Assembly (NCBI RefSeq): GCF_012570145.1
Contig: NZ_CP046206.1
Span: forward strand, 122,324 to 154,323
Length of the DNA: 32,000 nt
Source: Enterobacteriaceae endosymbiont of Donacia provostii
GTDB taxonomy: Bacteria; Pseudomonadota; Gammaproteobacteria; Enterobacterales; Enterobacteriaceae
Direction of reading: 5' to 3'
The position numbers and the translations under genes are program-made. Below the pieces are notes generated by a model. That model had not been told where the DNA came from. It saw only the letters and a program-made list of their open reading frames with translations, and made no database searches. Shown here one piece after another: positions 19,211-29,899 of this stretch. Within the stretch, counting starts at the first letter, position 1. Every line of letters starts with the position of its first letter.

Positions 19211-21949
19211 ATGTTAAAAAAAATTTTTACTAAAATATTTGGTAGTAATAATGATTATATTTTAAAACGTATTCAAAAAATAGTAAATACTATTAACAAT
19301 ATGGAAAAAGAATTTGAGAAATTAACTAATTTTGAATTACAAAATAAAACTATAATTTTTAAAAAAAAATTAAAAAATAATTACACTTTAGAACATATTC
19401 TCCCAGAAGCTTTTGCAACTGTTAGAGAAGCAAGTAAAAGAATATTTAATATGCGTCATTTTGACGTTCAATTAATTGGAGGTATTGTATTAAATAATAA
19501 TTGTATAGCAGAAATGAAAACTGGGGAAGGAAAAACATTAACATCTACATTACCTGCATATTTAAATGCTTTAACTGGAAAAGGTATTCATATTGTTACT
19601 GTAAATGATTATTTAGCTAAACGTGATGCTAATAATAATAAAGCATTATTTAAATTTTTAGGTTTAACTGTAGGTATTAATATACCTAATATATCATTAA
19701 GAGAAAAACAAAATGCATATAAAGCTGATATTACATATGGAACAAATAATGAGTTTGGTTTTGATTTTTTAAGAGATAATTTAATTTTTAATAATGATAA
19801 AAGAGTACAAAGAGATTTAAATTATGCTATTATTGACGAAGTAGATTCAATATTAATTGATGAAGCTCGTACTCCCTTAATTATATCAGGACCTACTGAA
19901 GATAATACTAAATTATATATTCAAATAAATAATATTATTCCTGAATTAATATATCAAAAAAAAGAAAATTTTAATATAAAAGATAAAGAATATTTTTTTA
20001 TAGATGAAAAATCTCGTCAAGTATATTTAACTGAAAAAGGTTTAATTTATTTAGAAAAAATTTTAATTCAGAAAAAAATAATTAATATAGATGAATCTTT
20101 ATATTCCAATAATAATATAATAATATTACATCATATTATTTCAGCATTAAGAGCACATATATTATTTAAAAAAAATGTAGATTATATATTAAAAAAAAAT
20201 CAAATTATAATAGTAGATGAACATACTGGTAGATTAATGGAAGGTCGAAGATGGTCAGAAGGATTACATCAATCAATAGAAGCAAAAGAAAATGTCAAAA
20301 TAAATAATGAAAATCAGACTCTTGCATCTATAACTTTTCAAAATTATTTTAGATTATATAACAAATTATCAGGTATGACAGGTACTGCTAGTACTGAATC
20401 TTTTGAGTTTAAAGAAATATATAAATTGAATACAGTAATTATTCCAACTAATAAGCCTATGATTAGGAAAGATCTTCCTGATCTTATTTTTTTAACTAAA
20501 AAGGAAAAAATAAATGCAATAATTAATGATATAAAAAATACACATTTTAAAGGCCAACCTATTTTAGTTGGTACTATTTCAATAAAAAAATCAGAATTAA
20601 TATCCAAAAAATTAAAAGATATAGGTATAAAACATAATATTTTAAATGCAAAATTTCATGAAAAAGAAGCAGAAATTATTGCACAAGCTGGTGCAAAATA
20701 TGCAGTAACAATTGCAACTAATATGGCTGGTAGAGGTACAGATATTGTTTTAGGGGGTAATTTTATAATTAATAAAAAAATTAATTTAGATGAAATTAAA
20801 AAATTAAGGTTAAAATGGCAAGAAAAACATAATGAAGTTATAAAATTAGGAGGATTATATGTAATTGGTACTGAACGTCATGAATCAAGAAGAATTGATA
20901 ATCAATTAAGAGGACGTTCAGGAAGACAAGGTGATCCTGGTATGTCTAGATTTTATTTATCTATGGAAGATTCTTTAATGCGTATTTTTGCTCCTAAAAA
21001 TATGTCATTTTTACTGAATAAATTAGGAATGAATGCTAATGATTACATTGAACATCCATGGATTACTAAATCAATATCTAATGCACAAAAAAAAGTAGAA
21101 AGTTATAATTTTGAAATACGTAAACAATTAATTGAATATGATGATATCATTAATGATCAACGTTTAATTATATATTTACAAAGAAATAAATTATTAAAAT
21201 CGTTAGATTTTTATCAAATCATTAAAAATTTTAAAATAGATGTTTTTAGTAAAATATTAGATGATAATTTAAAAATTAGTTTTATTAACGTAGTAGAAAA
21301 AATAAATTTTAAAAAATTAAAAATTTATTTTAAAGATATTTTTAATATTAAATTACCAATTAAATATTGGATGCATAGTTTTAAAAAAAATAAAATCAAA
21401 AAAGTTCATAAAAATGATATTATTAAAAATATTATTGATTTTACAGAAAAAGAATATTTAAAAAAAATTTCTGTTTTAGAAAAAAAATATATTATTTTAT
21501 TTGAAAGAAATACTATTTTACAAATTTTAGATAATTTATGGAAAGAACATTTATCAGCAATAGAATATTTAAAACAAGGAATTCATTTAAGAAGTTATGC
21601 TCAAAAAGATCCTAAACAAGAATATAAACGTGAATCTTTTTCTATGTTTAATAATATGTTATATAATTTTAAAAAAGAAGTAATTATTACATTAAGTAAA
21701 TTAGATAATATAAATTTTATAAATGAAAATATAGATATAGAATTTAGAGAAAAAAAAATAATTAAAAATAATGATATAAATAAAAATAATTTATTTCTTT
21801 TAAAGAAGAAAGATGATGTTTTTTTTGATCAAAAAGATAAATATTTAAATAACATAAATTTTTTTCCTAAAAAAATAGGAAGAAATGAAAAATGTCCATG
21901 TAGTTCTGGAAAAAAATATAAATTTTGTCATGGATTAATGTTTAAATAA
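19211..21949 (+). CDS. secA: preprotein translocase ATPase SecA
   Basis: 912 aa. Contains MKTGEGKTLT (Walker A), IIDEVDSILIDEARTPLIISG, TNMAGRGTDIVLGG, GTERHESRRIDNQLRGRSGRQGDPG and the C-terminal zinc/SecB-binding tail CPCSSGKKYKFCHG. Confidence 0.98.
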   Translation: MLKKIFTKIFGSNNDYILKRIQKIVNTINNMEKEFEKLTNFELQNKTIIFKKKLKNNYTLEHILPEAFATVREASKRIFNMRHFDVQLIGGIVLNNNCIAEMKTGEGKTLTSTLPAYLNALTGKGIHIVTVNDYLAKRDANNNKALFKFLGLTVGINIPNISLREKQNAYKADITYGTNNEFGFDFLRDNLIFNNDKRVQRDLNYAIIDEVDSILIDEARTPLIISGPTEDNTKLYIQINNIIPELIYQKKENFNIKDKEYFFIDEKSRQVYLTEKGLIYLEKILIQKKIINIDESLYSNNNIIILHHIISALRAHILFKKNVDYILKKNQIIIVDEHTGRLMEGRRWSEGLHQSIEAKENVKINNENQTLASITFQNYFRLYNKLSGMTGTASTESFEFKEIYKLNTVIIPTNKPMIRKDLPDLIFLTKKEKINAIINDIKNTHFKGQPILVGTISIKKSELISKKLKDIGIKHNILNAKFHEKEAEIIAQAGAKYAVTIATNMAGRGTDIVLGGNFIINKKINLDEIKKLRLKWQEKHNEVIKLGGLYVIGTERHESRRIDNQLRGRSGRQGDPGMSRFYLSMEDSLMRIFAPKNMSFLLNKLGMNANDYIEHPWITKSISNAQKKVESYNFEIRKQLIEYDDIINDQRLIIYLQRNKLLKSLDFYQIIKNFKIDVFSKILDDNLKISFINVVEKINFKKLKIYFKDIFNIKLPIKYWMHSFKKNKIKKVHKNDIIKNIIDFTEKEYLKKISVLEKKYIILFERNTILQILDNLWKEHLSAIEYLKQGIHLRSYAQKDPKQEYKRESFSMFNNMLYNFKKEVIITLSKLDNINFINENIDIEFREKKIIKNNDINKNNLFLLKKKDDVFFDQKDKYLNNINFFPKKIGRNEKCPCSSGKKYKFCHGLMFK

Positions 21950-21957
21950 ATTAACAA

Positions 21958-22001
21958 AGAGGATATAAGAAATAATTATATTTTTTATACCCTCTATTTT
22001 T
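21958..22001. terminator. bidirectional rho-independent-type terminator between the convergent secA and dnaJ
   Basis: The arms agaggatata (21958..21967) and tataccctct (21986..21995) pair at 9 of 10 positions. They hold essentially all the G/C in this gap. atttttat follows on the + strand and ttgttaattt on the - strand. The hairpin begins 9 nt after the secA stop; on the minus strand it begins 8 nt after the dnaJ stop. Confidence 0.4.
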
Positions 22002-22002
22002 A

Positions 22003-23115
22003 TCAGTTTTTTATCTTATAAAAAAAATTTTTAATATTTTCTAAAAATTTTTTTATTTTAGGATTATTGTTATAATTAGAATATTCATGAAAACTTTTAT
22101 CTAATTTATATAAAATATCTTTTTGTTTTTTATTTAAATTAATTGGAGTTTCAATAATTATTTTACATAATAAATCACCTATAATACTATTTCTTCTAAT
22201 AGATTTTATTCCTTTATTACGTATTCTAAACATTTTTCCTGTTTGAGTTCCTTCAGGAATTTTTAATTTAACATAACCATTTAATGTAGGTATTTTAATA
22301 GTTCCACCTAATGTAGCAATTACAAAACTAATAGGTAATTCACAGTATAAATTATTACCTTCACGTATAAATAAATGATGTTTTTTAATTTTAATTTCTA
22401 TATATAAATCTCCAGCAATTCCATTTTTTCCTATTTCTCCTTCACCATGTAATCTAATACGATTTCCAGTATCAATTCCACTAGGTATTTTAACTGATAA
22501 TATTTTATTAGATTCTAATCTTCCCCTCCCTTTACAATAAAAACAAGGTTTTTTAATAAAATTTCCTTGTCCATGACATCTAGGACAAGTTTGTTGTACA
22601 GTAAAAAAACCTTGACTCATTTGTATTTGTCCATGACCATTACATGTATAACATTTTTGTAATAAACCTTCTTGTGCTCCTGTACCATTACAATAATCAC
22701 AATTTTTTAAAACAGGAATACTAATTTTTTTTATTATACCTGTAATTGCTTCCTCTAAAGAAATTTCCATTAAATATTTTAAATCAGCACCTTTATTAGA
22801 TCTTTGATTTGTTTTTGAATTACCAAATATATCTCCAAAAACATCTCCAAAAATATCACTAAAGTCAGTTGTATGATTTATATTTTCTTGATTAAAAGCA
22901 GCATGTCCATATTGATCATAAGCAGTTCTTTTTTTAGAATCACTTAAAATTTCATAAGCTTGTTTTATTTCCTTAAACTTATTCTCAGCATCTTTATTTC
23001 CGGGATTACGATCTGGGTGAAATTTCATAGCTAAACGTTTATATGCTCTTTTAATTTCACGATCTTCAGCATTTTTGCTAACACCTAAAATATCATAATA
23101 ATCTTTTTTTGCCAT
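22003..23115 (-). CDS. dnaJ: chaperone DnaJ (Hsp40)
   Basis: 370 aa. J domain with DYYDILGV and HPDRN, a short G/F region ([10 protein letters not shown]), and four CxxCxGxG zinc-finger repeats ([32 protein letters not shown]). Confidence 0.97.
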   Translation of the reverse strand: MAKKDYYDILGVSKNAEDREIKRAYKRLAMKFHPDRNPGNKDAENKFKEIKQAYEILSDSKKRTAYDQYGHAAFNQENINHTTDFSDIFGDVFGDIFGNSKTNQRSNKGADLKYLMEISLEEAITGIIKKISIPVLKNCDYCNGTGAQEGLLQKCYTCNGHGQIQMSQGFFTVQQTCPRCHGQGNFIKKPCFYCKGRGRLESNKILSVKIPSGIDTGNRIRLHGEGEIGKNGIAGDLYIEIKIKKHHLFIREGNNLYCELPISFVIATLGGTIKIPTLNGYVKLKIPEGTQTGKMFRIRNKGIKSIRRNSIIGDLLCKIIIETPINLNKKQKDILYKLDKSFHEYSNYNNNPKIKKFLENIKNFFYKIKN

Positions 23116-23152
23116 AATAAATATACTATCCTAGTCTAATCCCATGATTTTT

Positions 23153-23196
23153 TTATTAATACCGATTATAATAATACTGATAAACGGTATTAATAA
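23153..23196 (-). other. perfect 12-bp inverted repeat (stem-loop with a 20-nt loop) in the dnaK-dnaJ spacer
   Basis: ttattaataccg (23153..23164) and cggtattaataa (23185..23196) are exact reverse complements. They contain the only CCG/CGG in the spacer. There is no U-tract after the stem on the transcribed (-) strand, so this is not a canonical terminator. Confidence 0.35.
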
Positions 23197-23224
23197 GATA
23201 TTAAATAATGTATTTATAAAATAA

Positions 23225-25162
23225 TTATTTTTTTTGATCTTTTACTTCTTCAAATTCAGCATCTACTACTTCATTATTTTCATTATTAGTTTTTACATTA
23301 TTTTCATTATTAGTTTTTACATTATTTTCATTATTATTTTTAGTATTATTATTTTGATTAATATTCATAATATTACTAGATAATTCAATTAATTTTTGTA
23401 TTTTATCTTGTATATCATTTTTATTTTCTGTTTTAATAACATTATTTAATTCATTAATAGCATTTTGTATTTTTAATTTATCTTCTTGATTAATTTTATC
23501 ATTTAATTCTTTAAGTTTTTTTTCAGTATTATGTATAAGTTGGTCACCTTCATTACGTATTTTAGCTAATTCTTCAAAAACACGATCAGATTCACTATTA
23601 GCTTCAGCATCTCTTATCATTTTTTCAACTTCTTCTTTATTTAGACCTGATGATGCTTGTATAGTAATATTTTGTTCTTTACCACTTTTTTTATCTTTTG
23701 CAGAAACATGTAATATACCATCTGCATCTATATCAAATGTTACTTCTATTTGAGGTATACCTCTAGGAGCAGGACTAATACCATCTAAATTAAATTGTCC
23801 TAATGATTTATTATCATTAGCTCTTTTACGTTCTCCTTGTAAAATATGAATTGTTACAGAAGATTGATTATCTTCTGCTGTAGAAAATACTTGACTATGT
23901 TTTGTAGGAATAGTTGTATTTTTATTAATTAATATAGTCATTACTCCACCCATAGTTTCTATACCTAAAGATAATGGAGTAACATCTAGTAATAAAACAT
24001 CTTTAACATCTCCAGCTAAAACCCCACCTTGAACTGCTGCACCAATAGCTACTGCTTCATCAGGATTAACATCTTTTCGTGGTTCTTTATTAAAGAATGA
24101 TGCAACTTTATTTTGAACCATAGGCATACGAGTTTGTCCACCTACTAAAATAACATCATTAATATCTGATACAGATAAATTTGCATCTTTTAAAGCCATT
24201 TTAACTGGTTCAATTGATTGATCTACTAAATCTTCTACTAAAGATTCTAATTTTGCTCTTGTTAATTTAATATTTAAATGTTTCGGACCAGTAGAATTTG
24301 CAGTAATATAAGGTAAATTTACATCAGTTTGTTGTGTTGAAGATAATTCAATTTTAGCTTTTTCAGCTGCTTCTTTTAATCTTTGCATAGATAATGGATC
24401 ATTTTTTAAATCTATTCCCTGATCTTTTTTAAATTCGGATACTAAATAATTAATAATTCTACTGTCAAAATCTTCTCCTCCTAAATGTGTATCTCCATTT
24501 GTTGATAATACTTCAAAAGTTTTTTCACCATCAACATCATCTATTTCAATAATAGAAATATCAAAAGTCCCCCCACCTAAATCATATACTGCTATAATAC
24601 GATTCCCTTTACCCTTATCTAAACCATATGCTAATGCTGCTGCTGTAGGTTCATTAATAATTCTTTTTACTTCTAATCCTGCTATTTTACCTGCATCTTT
24701 TGTAGCTTGACGTTGAGCATCATTAAAATATGCAGGAACAGTAATAACTGCTTCATTTACTTTAGTACCTAAAAAATCTTCAGCAGTTTTTTTCATTTTT
24801 TTTAAAATTTCTGCTGAAATTTGAGGTGGTGCCATTTTTTTACCATTAATATCAATCCAAGCATCTCCATTACTAGATTCTACAATTTTATATGGCATAA
24901 TTTTAATATCACGTTGTACTTCTTCATCATTAAATCTTCTACCAATTAATCTTTTGATAGCAAAAAGTGTATTTTTAGGATTAGTAATTGCTTGACGTTT
25001 TGCTGGTTGTCCTACTAAAATTTCTCCATCTTGTGCATAAGCAATAACAGATGGAGTAGTTCTATCTCCTTCTGAATTTTCTAAAACTCTTGGTTTATTA
25101 CCATCTATAATAGCTACACAAGAATTGGTTGTACCTAAATCAATACCTATTATTTTACTCAT
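23225..25162 (-). CDS. dnaK: chaperone DnaK (Hsp70)
   Basis: 645 aa, with very high identity to E. coli DnaK across the ATPase and substrate-binding domains ([56 protein letters not shown]). The C-terminus is [15 protein letters not shown] strong SD (ggaaggag) lies 8 nt upstream of the ATG. Confidence 0.99.
   Translation of the reverse strand: MSKIIGIDLGTTNSCVAIIDGNKPRVLENSEGDRTTPSVIAYAQDGEILVGQPAKRQAITNPKNTLFAIKRLIGRRFNDEEVQRDIKIMPYKIVESSNGDAWIDINGKKMAPPQISAEILKKMKKTAEDFLGTKVNEAVITVPAYFNDAQRQATKDAGKIAGLEVKRIINEPTAAALAYGLDKGKGNRIIAVYDLGGGTFDISIIEIDDVDGEKTFEVLSTNGDTHLGGEDFDSRIINYLVSEFKKDQGIDLKNDPLSMQRLKEAAEKAKIELSSTQQTDVNLPYITANSTGPKHLNIKLTRAKLESLVEDLVDQSIEPVKMALKDANLSVSDINDVILVGGQTRMPMVQNKVASFFNKEPRKDVNPDEAVAIGAAVQGGVLAGDVKDVLLLDVTPLSLGIETMGGVMTILINKNTTIPTKHSQVFSTAEDNQSSVTIHILQGERKRANDNKSLGQFNLDGISPAPRGIPQIEVTFDIDADGILHVSAKDKKSGKEQNITIQASSGLNKEEVEKMIRDAEANSESDRVFEELAKIRNEGDQLIHNTEKKLKELNDKINQEDKLKIQNAINELNNVIKTENKNDIQDKIQKLIELSSNIMNINQNNNTKNNNENNVKTNNENNVKTNNENNEVVDAEFEEVKDQKK
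23272..23336 (-). repeat. in-frame 24-bp tandem repeat, about 2.7 copies, encoding (NNENNVKT)n in the DnaK C-terminal tail
   Basis: The + strand unit cattattttcattattagttttta occurs at 23272..23295 and, identically, at 23296..23319. A 17-nt partial third copy lies at 23320..23336. Translation on the - strand gives [30 protein letters not shown]. Confidence 0.9.
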
Positions 25163-25262
25163 ATTAGAGTCTCCTTCCTATATATTTATCTTTATTATAT
25201 GAAATTTAATATACAAGAATATTTAACTTTATTTGTATAAATAAAAATTCCCAATGACAAGG

Positions 25263-25295
25263 AAATGGGGACACATATTAATGCATCAAGGGGGA
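25263..25295 (-). promoter_or_regulatory. sigma32 (RpoH) heat-shock promoter of dnaK-dnaJ
   Basis: The minus strand reads cttCCCCCTTGATgcattaatatgtgtCCCCATTTcc. The -35 is CCCCCTTGAT and the -10 is CCCCATTT, separated by 14 nt. This matches the sigma32 consensus (CTTGAA, a 13-15 nt spacer, CCCCATnT) and the layout I recall for E. coli dnaK P1. It lies about 100 nt upstream of the dnaK ATG and is a conspicuous G/C island in an otherwise A/T spacer. Confidence 0.8.
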
Positions 25296-25518
25296 AGTTT
25301 CATTTTTTTTAAAAAAAATTTTAAAGTATTTAAAAATTTAAATTATTTTCATCATTATAAGTCATAAATTTTTTATAAAGTATAAAATAATGTTATATAA
25401 TATTACTTACAGATATATGTGTTGAACATAAAAAATATTATATATTGTACATCATAATTTTAATTAAAATCAATATTTTAAATTAAAATACTTTAGTAAA
25501 CCTATTATAGGAATTAAA

Positions 25519-27003
25519 ATGGAATATACAGTAAATAAAATTGTTTTTCCTAATAAAAATCCATTAGATTGTATAGTTTTACCTATATACGAAAAATATA
25601 AACTTTCTAAAATTGCAAAAAAAATAAATATAATATCTAATAATTATATATTAAATATATTAAAAGAAAATAATATAGAGGGAAAAATTAATCAAAATAT
25701 TATTTTATATAGAATTCCTAATATTTTATGTAAAAGAATTTTTATTATTGGTTGTGGTATTAAAAATAAGATTAATAGAAATAAAAATAAACTAATTATT
25801 AATAATACTATTAATATATTAAAAAAATATTCTTTTAAAGAAGTTAATTGGTATCTTACAGATTTAAAAATTTATGATCTTAATTTATATTGGAATATAA
25901 GAGATACCATATATTTAATAGAACATAATATTTATTCATTTCATAAATTTAAGAAAAATAAATATTTTTTTAAAACAAAAATAAAATTTATTATTACTAA
26001 TAATAATGATGATACATATCATGATGCTATAACACATGCTAAAATTATTAATTTAGGTATAAAAAAAGCTAAAGATTTAGCTAATTTACCTCCTAATATA
26101 TGTACTCCTAAATATTTATCAAAAAAAGCTAAAGAATTAACAAAAAAATATCAAAATATTAATGTAAAAATAATTAATATTAAAAATATGAAAAAATTAG
26201 GTATGAATACTTACTTATCTGTAAGTAGGGGGGCTAAAAATAAACCTTTTATATCAATAATAAAATATAATAATAACTATAAATCTAAACCTATAATATT
26301 ATTAGGTAAAGGTATTACTTTTGATTCAGGAGGATTATCTTTAAAACCAAGTAATAATATGGAAGAAATGAAATATGATATGTGTGGTGCAGCAGCAGTA
26401 TATGGATCTTTACATATAATAGCTGAACTACAATTACCTGTAAACGTAATAGGTATTTTAGCTGGATGTGAAAATATGCCTGATGGTAATTCTTATAGAC
26501 CTGGTGATATTATAAAAACATTATCTGGTATTAATGTAGAAATTACTAATACTGATGCAGAAGGACGTTTAATATTATGTGATATATTAACTTATATTGA
26601 AAAATATAATCCTAAATATGTAATTGATATTGCTACTTTAACAGGTGCTTGTGTTGTAGCATTAGGTACTAATATTAGTGGTTTAATGTCTAATAGTTCA
26701 AAACTATCTAATAAAATTATAAAAGCTTCATTAGAAGCAGATGATCGTGTTTGGAAATTACCTATTGATGATATTAATTATTTTAATCAATTAAAATCTA
26801 ACTCTGCTGATTTAATTAATAGTAGCAATCATATTGCAGGTGCAATTACTGCTGCATGTTTCTTATCTAAATTTACTAAAAAATATAATTGGGTTCATAT
26901 AGATATAGCTGGTACAGCATGGTATTACATAAATAATAAAGCTATGGCTTCAGGAAGACCAATTAATATGTTAATTCAATTTTTATTTAATGAAATTAAA
27001 TAA
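25519..27003 (+). CDS. pepA: cytosol (leucyl) aminopeptidase A
   Basis: 494 aa, M17 family. Contains GKGITFDSGGLSLKP, MKYDMCGAAAV, NTDAEGRLILCD and ATLTGACVVALG. Confidence 0.95.
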   Translation: MEYTVNKIVFPNKNPLDCIVLPIYEKYKLSKIAKKINIISNNYILNILKENNIEGKINQNIILYRIPNILCKRIFIIGCGIKNKINRNKNKLIINNTINILKKYSFKEVNWYLTDLKIYDLNLYWNIRDTIYLIEHNIYSFHKFKKNKYFFKTKIKFIITNNNDDTYHDAITHAKIINLGIKKAKDLANLPPNICTPKYLSKKAKELTKKYQNINVKIINIKNMKKLGMNTYLSVSRGAKNKPFISIIKYNNNYKSKPIILLGKGITFDSGGLSLKPSNNMEEMKYDMCGAAAVYGSLHIIAELQLPVNVIGILAGCENMPDGNSYRPGDIIKTLSGINVEITNTDAEGRLILCDILTYIEKYNPKYVIDIATLTGACVVALGTNISGLMSNSSKLSNKIIKASLEADDRVWKLPIDDINYFNQLKSNSADLINSSNHIAGAITAACFLSKFTKKYNWVHIDIAGTAWYYINNKAMASGRPINMLIQFLFNEIK

Positions 27004-27055
27004 TCATAAATTATAATTATAGTATAAATTATCTTTATATAGGATATTTTTAAAT

Positions 27056-29854
27056 ATGGTAAAAAAATATAATCCTAAAATTTTTGAACAAAAAATTTAC
27101 AATTATTGGGAAAAAAATAATTTTTTAAAAAACCAATTTGATGATTCTAAAGAATGTTTTTCTATTATGGTTCCACCACCTAATATTACAGGTTTTTTAC
27201 ATATAGGACATGCATTACAATATACATTAATTGATATATTAGTACGTTATAATAAAATGTTAGGAAAAAATATATTATGTCAGGTAGGATTAGATCATGC
27301 TGGTATTGCTACTCAAATTTTAATAGAAAAAAAAATTTTTAATGAAACTGGAAAAACAAAAAATCATTATAGTAAAAAATTTTTATTAGATAATATTTGG
27401 AAATGGAAGAATAAATATTCTAAAATTATTTTTCATCAAATGAAAAGTTTAGGTTTATCTACCGATTGGGATAAAACTAGATTTACAATGGATAATAAAT
27501 TTATTAAATCTGTAAGAACAATTTTTATTACTTTATATAAAAAAAATTTAATTTATAAAAAAAAAAGGTTAATACATTGGGATTTAAAATTAAAAACTGT
27601 AATTTCAGATTTAGAGGTAGAACATAAAAAAATTCAAACAAAAATATGGTATATTAAATATTTTTTTACTGAAAAAATTATAACTTTAGATAAAAAAAAT
27701 TATTTAACAGTAGCTACGACTAGACCTGAAACTTTATTAGCAGATATTGCTATAGCTGTAAATCCATTAGATAAAAGATATAATAATTTAATTGGTAAAT
27801 TTGTTTTTGTTCCTATAATTAAAAGAAAAATACCTATTATTGCTGATAATTATGCTAAAATAACAAAAGGTACAGGATGTGTAAAAATTAGTCCTGCTCA
27901 TGATTTTAATGATTATAAAATAGCAATTAAACATAAATTACCTTTAATTAATATTTTAGATTTAAATGGAAATATTTTAAAAACTTTTCAAATATTAAAT
28001 AAAAATAAAAATTTTATCAATATTAATAGTAATATTCCTAAAAACTTACAAAAAATACATTTTCTTAAAGCAAGAAAAATTATAATTAATGAAATAATTA
28101 ATACAGGATTATTAGATATATGTAAAACTAAATATACATTAATACCTTTTAGTATTAGAAGTAATACTATTACTGTTCCTATGCTAACAGATCAATGGTA
28201 TTTAAAAACTAAAATGTTATCTCAAGATGCAATTAATGCAGTAAAAAAAAAAAAAATAGTATTTTTTCCTAAAAAATATAAAAATATGTTTTATTCTTGG
28301 ATGAATAATATTCAAGATTGGTGTATATCTCGTCAATTAATATGGGGTCATAAAATACCAGTATGGTATGATATAAAAAATAATATTTATGTTGGAAATA
28401 ATGAAAAAGAAATAAGAAAAAAATATAATTTAAGTCAAGATATATCTTTAAAACAAGATAATAATGTATTAGATACTTGGTTTTCTTCTAGTTTATGGAC
28501 ATTTATTACTTTAAATTGGCCTAATAATAAAAAATTTTTTTTATTTCATCCTACTAATGTTATTATTAGTGGTTTTGACATTATATTTTTCTGGATATCT
28601 AGAATGATTATGATGACAATGTATCTTGTTAAAGATAAAAATAATGTATCTCAAATTCCTTTTAAAAATATTTTTTTAACAGGATTAATTAGAGATAAAA
28701 AAGGTAATAAAATGTCAAAATCTAAAGGTAATATCATTAATCCTATACATTTTATTCAAGGTACTTCTGATATTAAATTAATAAAAAAAGATAAATGTTA
28801 TTCTTTTTCTGATAAGAATAAAATATATGGAGCAGATGCTTTAAGATTTACATTAGCTGCATTATCATCTACAGGTCGTGATATTTATTGGGATATAACA
28901 AGATTAGAAGGTTATAGAAATTTTTGTAATAAGATTTGGAATGCAAGTATCTTTATTTTAAAAAATATAAAATATGAATTTATAACAATAAAAAAAAATT
29001 TATCTTTAATAGATAAATGGATTTGGGCTGAATATCATTTAATTATAGAAAATTATACAAAAGCATTAAATACATATCGTTTTGATAATGCATCTAATAT
29101 TTTATATAATTTCGTATGGAATAAATTTTGTGATTGGTACTTAGAATATAGTAAAATAATTTTTAGAGAAAAAAATCAATTAAATTACACAGGTACACAT
29201 TATACATTATATAATATTTTTGAATCTTTATTAAGATTGTCTCATCCAATAATTCCATTTATTACTGAAATTATATGGCAAAAAATTATAAAAAATAAAA
29301 AAAATAAAACAAGTATTATGATTCAATCTTTTCCAAAAATTAATAATGATATTTTTATAGAAGAAAATATTATTAATATTTTTAATACATTTGTTAATGT
29401 AATTACTATTATTCGTAATTATAGATTAGAAATGAATATTAAAAATAATATAAAAATTAATCTTTATATAAGAAATATAAATGATAAATTTTATCTTTTT
29501 TTAAAAAAAAATATAAGTATTTTAAAAAAATTTGTAAATCTTAATAAAATTTTTTTTATAGAAAAAGATACACATTTTCCTAAAAAAACATTAATTAATA
29601 ATACAAAAAATATTGAGTTTGCTATTCCATTAAATAATCAAATAATTAATCAAAAAAAATTATTAAATAAAATAAATGAAGAAATAAATAATAATAAAAA
29701 AATTATGGATTATTTTAAAAAAAATATTCAAAATACATCTTTTTTATCTAAAGCACCAAAAAATATTATAAAAAAATATTTACAAAGATTTAAAAAAAGT
29801 AAACTTTTACATAAAGAATTATTACAAAAATTATTTTTAATTCAAAATTTATAA
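27056..29854 (+). CDS. valS: valine--tRNA ligase
   Basis: 932 aa. Contains PPPNITGFLHIGHAL (HIGH motif), TTRPETLLADIAIAVNP, WCISRQLIWGHKIP and GNKMSKSKGN (KMSKS motif), plus a K-rich coiled-coil-like C-terminus. Confidence 0.97.
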   Translation: MVKKYNPKIFEQKIYNYWEKNNFLKNQFDDSKECFSIMVPPPNITGFLHIGHALQYTLIDILVRYNKMLGKNILCQVGLDHAGIATQILIEKKIFNETGKTKNHYSKKFLLDNIWKWKNKYSKIIFHQMKSLGLSTDWDKTRFTMDNKFIKSVRTIFITLYKKNLIYKKKRLIHWDLKLKTVISDLEVEHKKIQTKIWYIKYFFTEKIITLDKKNYLTVATTRPETLLADIAIAVNPLDKRYNNLIGKFVFVPIIKRKIPIIADNYAKITKGTGCVKISPAHDFNDYKIAIKHKLPLINILDLNGNILKTFQILNKNKNFININSNIPKNLQKIHFLKARKIIINEIINTGLLDICKTKYTLIPFSIRSNTITVPMLTDQWYLKTKMLSQDAINAVKKKKIVFFPKKYKNMFYSWMNNIQDWCISRQLIWGHKIPVWYDIKNNIYVGNNEKEIRKKYNLSQDISLKQDNNVLDTWFSSSLWTFITLNWPNNKKFFLFHPTNVIISGFDIIFFWISRMIMMTMYLVKDKNNVSQIPFKNIFLTGLIRDKKGNKMSKSKGNIINPIHFIQGTSDIKLIKKDKCYSFSDKNKIYGADALRFTLAALSSTGRDIYWDITRLEGYRNFCNKIWNASIFILKNIKYEFITIKKNLSLIDKWIWAEYHLIIENYTKALNTYRFDNASNILYNFVWNKFCDWYLEYSKIIFREKNQLNYTGTHYTLYNIFESLLRLSHPIIPFITEIIWQKIIKNKKNKTSIMIQSFPKINNDIFIEENIINIFNTFVNVITIIRNYRLEMNIKNNIKINLYIRNINDKFYLFLKKNISILKKFVNLNKIFFIEKDTHFPKKTLINNTKNIEFAIPLNNQIINQKKLLNKINEEINNNKKIMDYFKKNIQNTSFLSKAPKNIIKKYLQRFKKSKLLHKELLQKLFLIQNL

Positions 29855-29899
29855 TATATTAATTTTAATAAAATATTATAGATTATAAGGATTTATATT

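Noticed and set aside
20344-20607. 87-aa ORF on the - strand
   Set aside because: Antisense inside secA.
25281-25367. 28-codon + strand ORF (MHQGGSFIFFKKNF...) in the dnaK-pepA spacer
   Set aside because: Its first codons are simply the reverse complement of the sigma32 -35 element. It has no SD and a low-complexity product.
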